DNA of 64,000 nt from positions 34,433-98,432 of the forward strand of contig CAMYKY010000010.1 of assembly GCA_947259165.1 (NCBI GenBank), given 5' to 3'. Position numbers and translations under genes: made by a program. Positions 56,604 through 64,000 of the stretch are shown piece after piece (within the stretch, counting starts at the first letter, position 1; every line of letters starts with the position of its first letter). The notes under the pieces are model-generated. The model saw nothing but the letters and a program-made list of their open reading frames with translations. It was not told the DNA's origin and did no database searches. This DNA is from an uncultured Acidobacteriota bacterium. Its GTDB lineage: Bacteria; Acidobacteriota; Vicinamibacteria; Marinacidobacterales; SMYC01.

Positions 56604-57423
56604 CGCGGTCTGGAGCATCGCTCGAAAAGAGTTATCTGACCGGCTGCGGAACCAGTGGATCTGGACGGTGAGCCTTCTCGTTCTCGCGGCAACCCTCGCG
56701 ATCGCCTTTCTCGGCGCAGCACCCGTGGGTGTCGTCGGCGCTCACGGAGGCGGCGCGATCCTCGCGAGCATCATGAACCTCGCCGTCTACCTCGTCCCCC
56801 TTTTGGCGTTGGTCATGGGCGCGGGGGCGATCATCGACGAGAAGCGCCGCGGGCTGCTGGATTTGATCCTCGCCTACCCGATCTCGTCGAGCGAGTACTT
56901 TCTCGGGACGTTTTTGGGCTATGCTCTCGCGCTCGCAATCGCTCTCGTCGCGAGTTTCGTCCCCACCGGCGTGGTCCTCAGCATGACCACAGGGATCAAC
57001 GTCTTTCAGTACAGCCTTCTCCTCGTGCTCATTCTCGGCCTCGGCACGAGCTTTCTCGCGCTCTCGTTCCTGATCTCGATTCTTTCACGAGACCCCGCGC
57101 GCGGCATCGCCTCGTCAGTGCTCGTATGGATATTCGCGGTGCTGGTATTCGACCTCGGGCTCGTGGGACTCCTCGTTGGGTTCGGGGGGCAAATTCCAGC
57201 GCCGGCGTTTGGCGCCATGATGCTGTTGAACCCAACGGACGTATTTCGATTGATCGCGTTTACCTGGGTCGGAAGCGCGTCGTCACCCCTGGGGCTCGCC
57301 ACGGTGAGCCCTCCTTTTCCAGCGGTGGTGCTCGTGAGCGCCATGACAGCTTGGGCGATCGTGCCGCTTTGGCTCAGCCACCGCTTGTTTCAAAAACGCC
57401 TAGCTCTGGACAGGTTGATATGA
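56590..57423 (+). CDS. nosY: ABC-2 type permease NosY
   Basis: Six TM helices. It overlaps the nosF stop and shows the typical nosFY translational coupling. Confidence 0.85.
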   Translation: MKRVDAVWSIARKELSDRLRNQWIWTVSLLVLAATLAIAFLGAAPVGVVGAHGGGAILASIMNLAVYLVPLLALVMGAGAIIDEKRRGLLDLILAYPISSSEYFLGTFLGYALALAIALVASFVPTGVVLSMTTGINVFQYSLLLVLILGLGTSFLALSFLISILSRDPARGIASSVLVWIFAVLVFDLGLVGLLVGFGGQIPAPAFGAMMLLNPTDVFRLIAFTWVGSASSPLGLATVSPPFPAVVLVSAMTAWAIVPLWLSHRLFQKRLALDRLI

Positions 57424-58100
57424 CAAAGAAAGACTACGACTCATTTGTTTTCAGCGTTCTTCTCGTTGCTTTCACTCTAATTCTCGCCACCGGTTGCGAC
57501 ACCCTAGCCGGCGAGCCGGTCCTCAAAGGACGCGTCGACATCGGTGCAGGCGAAGCTCCCGCCGTCGTCTACTTGAAAAACGTGCCGGGGGGGCTCGTAC
57601 CCGAAACCGACACCGTGATCACCCACCTGCCGGACGGAACCTTCGACCCTCCCGTCAGCATCGGCTTCGTCGGCAACGAATTCGTCTTTCGCAACGAAGA
57701 CGACGAGCTCCACACCACGCACCTCTATATGCATCTGGCCTACCAGGAGAAGATATCCGGACGTCCGATCGAAAACGGTGCCACCCTCTACAACATCGCT
57801 CTTCCGAAGAAGGATATGGAAGTGCGGCGACCCATCAAGACATATCACCATTTCGGCGACGAGACAGGAGTCATCGACGTGCGGTGCAACCCTCATCCCG
57901 CCGAGGGCGCTGCCGCGCTCGTCTTCGACCACCCTTACGTCGTCGTGACCGAAGCCGATGGAACGTTCGAGATGCCCAACGCCCCCCCTGGAACGCATGA
58001 GCTCTGGGTCTGGCACAACGGCGAAACGCGACTGTGGCAGAGCGTGGAAGTCAAAGAGAGTGGCCCGACGGAGGTTACCGTAGGTATGGGAGGCTCCTAG
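57420..58100 (+). CDS. cupredoxin-like copper lipoprotein with C-terminal CarboxypepD_reg-like domain
   Basis: ATGA overlap with the nosY stop. Lipobox LILATGCD. Type-1 Cu ligand pattern (HLYMH ... CNPHP). C-terminal DGTFEMPNAPPGTHELWVWH beta-sandwich. Frame-overlap with nosY explains the long track ORF 56655..58100. Confidence 0.55.
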   Translation: MTKKDYDSFVFSVLLVAFTLILATGCDTLAGEPVLKGRVDIGAGEAPAVVYLKNVPGGLVPETDTVITHLPDGTFDPPVSIGFVGNEFVFRNEDDELHTTHLYMHLAYQEKISGRPIENGATLYNIALPKKDMEVRRPIKTYHHFGDETGVIDVRCNPHPAEGAAALVFDHPYVVVTEADGTFEMPNAPPGTHELWVWHNGETRLWQSVEVKESGPTEVTVGMGGS

Positions 58101-58104
58101 ACCA

Positions 58105-58650
58105 ATGCTTCTTTCCACTTTCGCACTGGCGCTTCTTCTCAGCGGCGCGGGAGACGGTGAGCCCTTCCCCTCGTTCGCGCTCGAAAACTTCGACGGACGG
58201 TCGTTCTCGAATAAATCGTTTACAGGGAAGACCACCATTGTCGTACCGACCTACGCCAAGTGCATTTTTGCATGCCCGATGATCACGTTCTTTCTCACGG
58301 AGTTGGACAAAGAGCTCGGAGCTCCGGCCAACCTCCAATACGTTCACGTGTCCGTGCAACCGAGCGAGGATACCGCCGAGGAGATCCTTGAGCATTTCGA
58401 GGAACACTCGATCGACGCGACTGCCGACCCGCGGTGGATGTTCATTAACGGGCCCGATTCGGAGGTTGCGGAGTTCCTCTCCGACGCGGATGTGCAAGTG
58501 ACCAGGACCCAAGTCGATGAAGGCGTTCTGATCGAGCACACCACGCGCATTTTCGTTGTCGGTCCGCAAGGTGAGACTCTGGCAACGTTCGACAGCTATT
58601 TTTGGGATAAGAAGGAGATGCACCATGCGCTTCGATACGCAATCGAGTAG
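58105..58650 (+). CDS. SCO1/SenC family copper chaperone (thioredoxin fold)
   Basis: CxxxCP motif (YAKCIFACPMI) and a conserved His (HTTRIFVVGP) in a ~180-aa thioredoxin-like protein inside the nos cluster. Confidence 0.75.
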   Translation: MLLSTFALALLLSGAGDGEPFPSFALENFDGRSFSNKSFTGKTTIVVPTYAKCIFACPMITFFLTELDKELGAPANLQYVHVSVQPSEDTAEEILEHFEEHSIDATADPRWMFINGPDSEVAEFLSDADVQVTRTQVDEGVLIEHTTRIFVVGPQGETLATFDSYFWDKKEMHHALRYAIE

Positions 58651-59686
58651 AGAACTGAATCGAAGGGATTTCATCCGAGTCGCCGGGCTCGGAACTGCAG
58701 CCGCTCTCACCGGAGGGCTTCACCCTCTCGACGCTGCCGACTTCGACCCCGCAGGCGTTCGCCTCATGGAGTTCGACGTCAGCTACCGCACGCAAGTCAT
58801 GAAGCTTCCGAAAGACGCGGAGAACGTACAAATCTGGATGCCGCTGCCGCCAAACAACGCCGGTCAAATGATCTCGAACTTCGAGGTCGACTCCCCGTTT
58901 CCTCACAAGTTCACGCGGGACGCCACCTTCGGGACGAGGATGCTGCACGTCGAGACCGGCAAGCAGAAAACCCCGTTCGGTGTCGAAGCTCGCTACCGCG
59001 TAACCCGCAAACAGGTGGGCATCGAGAAGGCCACGCTCAGCGACGAGGAGCTCGCGAAATACTTGAAGCTCACCAGCAAGGTGCGTTATACGCCCGACGT
59101 CGAGCTGTTCGCACGAGAAATCCTCGGCGACGAGAAAGATCCCTACAAAATGGGACGACTCGTTTTCGACGGCATCCGCGATGCACTGTTCTACGACAAG
59201 ACGATCCCCGGATGCGGCACTGGCGACACGCAGTGGATCATGAAATACCGCCGCGGCAAGTGTGACGACTATCATGCTCTGGCGATGGCGATCTTGATCT
59301 CGAACGGCGTTCCCGTGCGTTGGGAACAGGGTTTTCCGCTTCCGTTCCCCGAAGGCGGCAAGGTCGCAAGCGGCGAGCTCGAAGGCGACTGCACCGGCTC
59401 GCATTGCTGGATAAGTTTCTACGCACCGTCCCACGGATGGGTCCCCATAGACGTTTCCGAAGGCGACAAGGGCGCCCCCAACAGCGATTTCTTCTTCGGC
59501 AACCTGTCACCAAACCGCTTTCAAGTCTCGGTGGGCCGGTCGGCGACGCTGAACCCCGCGCAGGGCGGCGACCCTCTGCCGACGTTCGCATTCGCGTACG
59601 CCGAAGCCGACGGCATCCCTCTCGTCTACTTGATGAACTACGAAAACATCATCAAGTACGACGTGACCCGGGTGGAGATGGCCTAA
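58625..59686 (+). CDS. Tat-secreted transglutaminase-like cysteine protease domain protein
   Basis: Twin-arginine signal (SRELNRRDFIRVAGLGTAAALTG). Transglutaminase core (GKCDDYHALAMAILISNGVPVRW ... H ... D). AAGGAGA upstream of the ATG. Confidence 0.65.
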   Translation: MRFDTQSSRELNRRDFIRVAGLGTAAALTGGLHPLDAADFDPAGVRLMEFDVSYRTQVMKLPKDAENVQIWMPLPPNNAGQMISNFEVDSPFPHKFTRDATFGTRMLHVETGKQKTPFGVEARYRVTRKQVGIEKATLSDEELAKYLKLTSKVRYTPDVELFAREILGDEKDPYKMGRLVFDGIRDALFYDKTIPGCGTGDTQWIMKYRRGKCDDYHALAMAILISNGVPVRWEQGFPLPFPEGGKVASGELEGDCTGSHCWISFYAPSHGWVPIDVSEGDKGAPNSDFFFGNLSPNRFQVSVGRSATLNPAQGGDPLPTFAFAYAEADGIPLVYLMNYENIIKYDVTRVEMA

Positions 59687-59702
59687 GGTGAAATTAGCAG
59701 CA

Positions 59703-60179
59703 ATGGTATTGGCGGTCGCGATGTGCGCGGCCGCCTTGCGGGCGGACGAAGTCGCCGAAGAAGGCCAAGCCCCACCGCACTTCGCCCTCCCCGACGAGAA
59801 TGGTGAAGTCCACGACCTCGCTGACTTCATCGGCCGCCCGACGATTCTGTACTTCACCCACAACATGTGCCACTACTGCACACAAATCATCGCGTTCCTC
59901 AAACGCGCCCACGCAAAATACGAAGGCACCGACCTCGCCATCTTGACGTTGAACGTCTGGGCCGCTGACGACAAGTTCATCATCCGCTACAAAGAGGCCA
60001 TGGGCCTGCCTTTCACGATGCTCGCCGGAAAAAACTCACAGCTACTACGCGACTACGAAGTCAACTACGTCCCCATCATCGTTTTCATCGGACGAGACGG
60101 CAAGATCCGCCACATCTACCACCACTACGTGTTGCAGGGCGATTTCGAAAAAACCACCGCCGAGATCGTAGAAGAATAG
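59703..60179 (+). CDS. TlpA/ResA-like thiol:disulfide oxidoreductase (thioredoxin fold, CxxC)
   Basis: Signal peptide and CHYC active site in a redoxin-type context (PTILYFTHNMCHYCTQ). Confidence 0.7.
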   Translation: MVLAVAMCAAALRADEVAEEGQAPPHFALPDENGEVHDLADFIGRPTILYFTHNMCHYCTQIIAFLKRAHAKYEGTDLAILTLNVWAADDKFIIRYKEAMGLPFTMLAGKNSQLLRDYEVNYVPIIVFIGRDGKIRHIYHHYVLQGDFEKTTAEIVEE

Positions 60180-60183
60180 GTAA

Positions 60184-60229
60184 CCTCTCCCCCGAGGGGG
60201 AGTGGTCGGCCTCGCAAAGCGAGGCCGGG
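60184..60229. terminator. CCTCTCCCCC-GAG-GGGGAGTGG palindrome followed by GGCCTCGC-AAA-GCGAGGCC hairpin
   Basis: A third occurrence of the CCTCTCCCCC/GGGGGAG palindrome, 5 nt after the tlpA-like stop, marking the end of the nos operon. Confidence 0.5.
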
Positions 60230-60257
60230 TGAGGGGGGAGCGGCGACCGCGTCTCGT

Positions 60258-60527
60258 TCAAGGAGCGAGCCGCTCGAGCTCGTCGAACCAGTTCAAGATT
60301 ATCCGAATCTCCGTCAGAGACTCGCCGTAAATTTCTTCGCTCATGATGAACGACTGACCGTCCGGCATCACGTCGTAGCCGGCGTGCCCGGTCTGGTCGA
60401 GCCGGAAGCTACCAGAGAATAGCTCCTCCGGCCTGCCAAATGGATTGACCGAATCTTCAGTCACGGGCACGCTCATGAGGGCGTCGCCGACACGATAGAA
60501 AAGCGCGGACCCATCGCGTGACCACAT
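60258..60527 (-). pseudogene. C-terminal remnant of a PD40/WD40-like beta-propeller protein
   Basis: An 89-aa ORF matching only the last blades of TolB-like propeller repeats (YDVMPDGQSFIM). No upstream coding continuation. Confidence 0.35.
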
Positions 60528-60637
60528 CGGTTCGGCGCCGCCGTCAATCGAGACCTTCCACTTGTACCTGTCCCCTTTTTCGCCGCATTGCTAGGGCGGT
60601 TGCGTCGTGAAAATTTGCGTCCTATCCTCGAGCAACC

Positions 60638-60946
60638 ATGCCGAGAGAAACGCTACACATCGTCGCGCGCGCCATCGCTCGCGCGGGTACAGAATCACGG
60701 GTGCGCGAGCAGTTCGAGGCGCTCGTCGAGCCGACGCGCGCGGAGCCTGGGTGCCTGAGCTACGAGCTGTTCGTTCACGAGGAGAATCCGGCGGAGTTCC
60801 TGTTCGTCCAGGAGTATCAGGACGAAGCCGCGTTCGACGCCCACCTCGCCTCGGCGCACATCACCGCGATGCTGGAGGTCGTGTTGCCGCTGCTGGCCGA
60901 GCCGCCGGACATACGACGCTACCGGCGCCTGAGCTACTCCGCTTGA
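60638..60946 (+). CDS. antibiotic biosynthesis monooxygenase (ABM) domain protein
   Basis: About 100 aa ferredoxin-like ABM pattern (LHIVARAIARAG...CLSYELFVHEENPAEFLFVQEYQDEAAFDAHLASAH). Confidence 0.6.
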   Translation: MPRETLHIVARAIARAGTESRVREQFEALVEPTRAEPGCLSYELFVHEENPAEFLFVQEYQDEAAFDAHLASAHITAMLEVVLPLLAEPPDIRRYRRLSYSA

Positions 60947-61227
60947 AGAGTTCTTACGTAGTGGACGACCTGCCAGCGCTCCTCCTCGGACAGCTTTGAC
61001 TCCATCGCCGGCATTGGGGTCTTCCCGACGGTCATCTTGTAGAAGATTTCACCGTCCGTCAGGCGTTGTCGCGCCTCACGGGTGGAGAGGTCGGGCGGTT
61101 TCTTGGGGAACATCGCAACGGCAGAGCCGTCACCTTGGAACGATTCCCCGTGGCACAGCACACATTGTTTTTTGTACGAGGCCTCGCCCGCCGCTAGCAA
61201 CTCGGGCGAGACCTCGAGCGGGTTCAC
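60934..61227 (-). CDS. mono-heme c-type cytochrome (c6/c553-like) lacking a recognisable signal peptide
   Basis: CxxCH (CVLCHG) and a distal Met (MPAM). GTG start with GGGAGG upstream. There is an in-frame stop 12 codons upstream, so no signal peptide is encoded. Confidence 0.55.
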   Translation of the reverse strand: MNPLEVSPELLAAGEASYKKQCVLCHGESFQGDGSAVAMFPKKPPDLSTREARQRLTDGEIFYKMTVGKTPMPAMESKLSEEERWQVVHYVRTLQAE

Positions 61228-61304
61228 CGTCGCTCGCTCCTGCTCGGGAACCTCCCACGCCTACGTCAGTGAGAGGACGCCACTCAAGAGCACGACGGCG
61301 TACA

Positions 61305-62072
61305 CTATTCGCTGAAGGAGAAGCTGGCGTCGGCGCCATCGGCTCCGACGGTAACGCTCATCTGCTGGGTGCCGTACTTCTCGTGCCACGCCTCCACGAC
61401 GTAGTCACCAGCCGGCAAACCTGGAATCGAGTAGCTACCGTTGATGTCGGTCGTCGCGAAGAACGGGTGGTCGACGACGCCGACGTACGAGGCCATCCAT
61501 TTGTGCACGTCGCACTTGAAAGGAACCATGACCTCGGGATTGGCGAAGATTCTGTCGGTCGTCAATCCCTGGACCGGCTGGCCGATATTGAATTCCTTGT
61601 TGTCGGCCGGCATCGCGTGGATGTTGTGAAGCGTCTCGTCACTGTTTCTGATCGTGAGCGTCTGCCCCGCACGGACACCGAAGACGTGCGGTGTGTACAT
61701 ACAGCCCTGCTGGTCGAGCATCACAGCCTCGGTCGGGATATCGAACATCTGACCTTCGAGACCTTCTTTCACGTATACGAAGACGTTTTTCAACCCACCG
61801 CCGTCGCCAACAATAACGAACTCGGTCATCACAGCATCGGGGTGCATCCGGGCGCAACTCGGATCGGCGGCCATTTGAATTGCCGAAGCCTCAGGCGCCT
61901 CACCGTCGAACTTCACCGTCCCATTGAGCGCTCCCGCAGCGCCGCCACTCGGTGCACTAGCAGCCGGGGCCGGCTTCGCAGCCGGAGATGGCGCAGCCGC
62001 CTCGTCGCTGCCACCGCCACAACCGAGCGCGAGCGCCGAAATCACCAAAGACGACATCAAGATTCTGATCAT
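61305..62072 (-). CDS. cupredoxin (plastocyanin/azurin-like) lipoprotein with C-terminal CarboxypepD_reg-like domain
   Basis: Lipobox LALGCGG. Type-1 Cu site (H...FKCDVHKWM). C-terminal DINGSYSIPGLPAGDYVVEAWH. A paralogue of 57420..58100. Confidence 0.6.
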   Translation of the reverse strand: MIRILMSSLVISALALGCGGGSDEAAAPSPAAKPAPAASAPSGGAAGALNGTVKFDGEAPEASAIQMAADPSCARMHPDAVMTEFVIVGDGGGLKNVFVYVKEGLEGQMFDIPTEAVMLDQQGCMYTPHVFGVRAGQTLTIRNSDETLHNIHAMPADNKEFNIGQPVQGLTTDRIFANPEVMVPFKCDVHKWMASYVGVVDHPFFATTDINGSYSIPGLPAGDYVVEAWHEKYGTQQMSVTVGADGADASFSFSE

Positions 62073-62338
62073 AAGAGACCCTCCCTATCTTTCGAAGGAC
62101 AGACTAGTGCAACGGGCGTTCCGGATCCAGGGAAATCAAGACGTCTAGTCTAGTTTGCCGTCAATTACTTACACCGAAGAGCTTCGATTATCGCCGCGTA
62201 GTCGACCGCCAAAGTGCGTCATTTGGCCCGGACAAAGCTGAGGATTCTGACGCACATCGACCCGCGAGCCGACGTGAAGTAACGCTGGCACTCGTACGCG
62301 GGTGCGCTTAGACTTTCGGACCAGAGGATGCCTTCACA

Positions 62339-63952
62339 ATGACGCGACCCTACTTCCTGGTTCAGACTGTCGCCGCCACGGTTTTGGCGCTCGCCACGCT
62401 CGTGCGCGCCGAGACGCTCGAGCTCACAACGGCCACCATCACCGAGATCCAGGCCGCGTTCGACGCGGGCGCGCTGAGCTCAGAAAGACTCGTGGAGCTT
62501 TGCCTGGCCCGGATCGAAGCGTATGACAAGACCGGACCGATGCTCAACGCGGTCATTACCGTGAACCCCAACGCACTCCAAAGAGCACGGGAGCTCGACG
62601 TAGAACGTCGACGGAGTGGGCGACGCTCACCCATGCACGGAATCCCGGTCGTATTGAAAGACAACTACGACACGGCGGATCTCCCGACGACGGCCGGCTC
62701 GTTCATGCTGGCGGGGTCGATCCCTCCCGACGATGCTTTCGTCGTGGCCAAGCTCCGCGAGGCCGGGGCGATCATCCTGGCGAAGCTCAACATGAGCGAA
62801 TTCGCTTCCGGGGCTCCAATGAGCTCGATCGCGGGTCCGACGCGCAATCCCCACGACCCGGCTCGCTCGCCTTCTGGCTCGTCAGGCGGTAGCGGCGCCG
62901 CGGTGGCTGCCGCCTATGCCCCCATCGGCTTCGGAACCGACACCGGCGGATCGGTACGCGGACCGTCCGCGGCCAACGGGATCGTCGGACTCAAGACAAC
63001 CCATGGCCTTTTGAGTCGCGACGGCATCGTACCGCTCGGCCTCTCGTTCGACACGGCCGGTCCCATGGCGCGCAACGTTGAGGGCATCGCCATCGTCCTC
63101 GGGGTGATCACCGGAATCGATCCCGCGGACGATTCGACACAGAAAAGTGATGGCAAGTTCGACACCGACTACACGCGGTTTCTCGACCCCGACGCGTTGC
63201 GCGGCACCCGTATCGGTGTGGCCCGCGATTTTCTCGAAAACGATCCTGACGTAGATTGGGTCATCGAAGCCTCGCTCGAGGCAATGCGCGCCGCGGGTGC
63301 CACCGTCGTCAACGTAAGCTTCCCCGAATGGCTCCTTGATTCCGAACGAAAATTCTACGACGCGATTCGCCATCGTGAATTTCCCGTGCAGATCCAAGAG
63401 TACCTGGCGACACTCGACGATGGATATCCGAAAACGCTCGACGAGATCGTGGAGCGCTCGATGAAGCTCCCCTCGCGGAACGAACAGGGTTTCGTTCCGA
63501 ATCCGTCACGTTGGAACTTGATGAAACGTGAGCTCGAGGCCGGCTCTCTCGAGGACTACGAGTACGTGTCCGTACACGAGCACGCGCTGCCGTTGGTACG
63601 CGGAATCATCGAAGGCATCCTGAACGCCGAGCAACTCGACGCCATCGTGTACCCGACGTCGCCGCGCCGTCCGCCCCAACGCGACGCCGATCCTGGAACA
63701 TCCAACGGTGGACGATCCCCGGTCCGTCTCGCCAACATGAGCGGGTTTCCGGACTTGATCGTGCCGGCCGGGTTCACCGGCACCGGCCTTCCGGTGTGCT
63801 TGTCGTTCCTCGGTCCCGCGTTCAGCGAGCCGCGACTGCTCGGTCTTGGTTACGCGTTCGAGCAAGCGACGAAAGCCCACCGGATTCCCGTGCACACGCC
63901 CTCGCTTCGGGGTGAGCGGTTCGAGTACCAGCCGCTCTCAACGCAGCCGTGA
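62339..63952 (+). CDS. amidase (amidase-signature family), secreted
   Basis: Signal peptide. AS-family GGSSGGSGAAVAA motif and a catalytic Lys/Ser-cisSer/Ser context (KDNYDTADLPTTAGS). Confidence 0.85.
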   Translation: MTRPYFLVQTVAATVLALATLVRAETLELTTATITEIQAAFDAGALSSERLVELCLARIEAYDKTGPMLNAVITVNPNALQRARELDVERRRSGRRSPMHGIPVVLKDNYDTADLPTTAGSFMLAGSIPPDDAFVVAKLREAGAIILAKLNMSEFASGAPMSSIAGPTRNPHDPARSPSGSSGGSGAAVAAAYAPIGFGTDTGGSVRGPSAANGIVGLKTTHGLLSRDGIVPLGLSFDTAGPMARNVEGIAIVLGVITGIDPADDSTQKSDGKFDTDYTRFLDPDALRGTRIGVARDFLENDPDVDWVIEASLEAMRAAGATVVNVSFPEWLLDSERKFYDAIRHREFPVQIQEYLATLDDGYPKTLDEIVERSMKLPSRNEQGFVPNPSRWNLMKRELEAGSLEDYEYVSVHEHALPLVRGIIEGILNAEQLDAIVYPTSPRRPPQRDADPGTSNGGRSPVRLANMSGFPDLIVPAGFTGTGLPVCLSFLGPAFSEPRLLGLGYAFEQATKAHRIPVHTPSLRGERFEYQPLSTQP

Positions 63953-64000
63953 GCAAGGCTGGTAGCGAAAACAGCTCACGACGTGGTCATTCACCATGCC

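Noticed and set aside
56655-57419. N-terminal 255 aa of track ORF 56655..58100 overlapping nosY
   Set aside because: It is Arg/Pro-rich with no motifs. nosY in the other frame has clear TM helices, and the real downstream gene starts at an ATGA overlap at 57420.

Overview
This is a high-GC (about 65-68%) bacterial chromosomal segment that is densely coding on both strands. The ORF track treats GTG and TTG as Met, so several predicted starts are non-ATG. The gene content (Ser/Thr kinase, FHA, PEGA, sigma-54, a bacillithiol BshC-like gene, a nos cluster) suggests a Gemmatimonadota, Acidobacteriota or Myxococcota-like organism, but that is only an inference.

Housekeeping genes present, in order: lepB, an FHA/zinc-ribbon/RDD protein paired with a Ser/Thr kinase carrying PEGA and TonB-C domains, a BshC-like gene, a FliA-type sigma factor with a possible FlgM-like ORF, a dicarboxylate/amino-acid symporter, metH, glpK, an NtrC-type sigma-54 activator with a hybrid histidine kinase, recQ, a large NAD-glutamate dehydrogenase, an Lhr helicase, and a complete nitrous-oxide reductase (nos) cluster at 49.7-60.2 kb.

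The more unusual content is:
- Several families of short inverted-repeat (MITE-like) elements whose terminal repeats are built from tandem 6-8-mers. One family is (GTTCCC)n/(GTGCCC)n, in four copies; two copies bracket recQ and one is read in frame as the recQ N-terminus. A second family is (CCGTATG)n/(CGGCTAT)n. A third is (GCGCAAAG)n.
- A recurring CCTCTCCCCC-N3/4-GGGGGAGAGG palindrome found downstream of three genes.
- A thioredoxin-fold gene with an in-frame TGA inside an FGSFT-U-PYC motif, which resembles the deiodinase active site (candidate selenoprotein).
- A lipoprotein / membrane vWA protein / HerA-YjgR-like ATPase operon with no obvious known function.
- A single ORF that fuses a NosR-like FMN/FeS membrane protein to NosD.
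- A sigma-54-type promoter upstream of the nos operon.

No rRNA, tRNA or CRISPR was seen. All calls rest on motif recognition by eye, and coordinates may be off by a few nucleotides.
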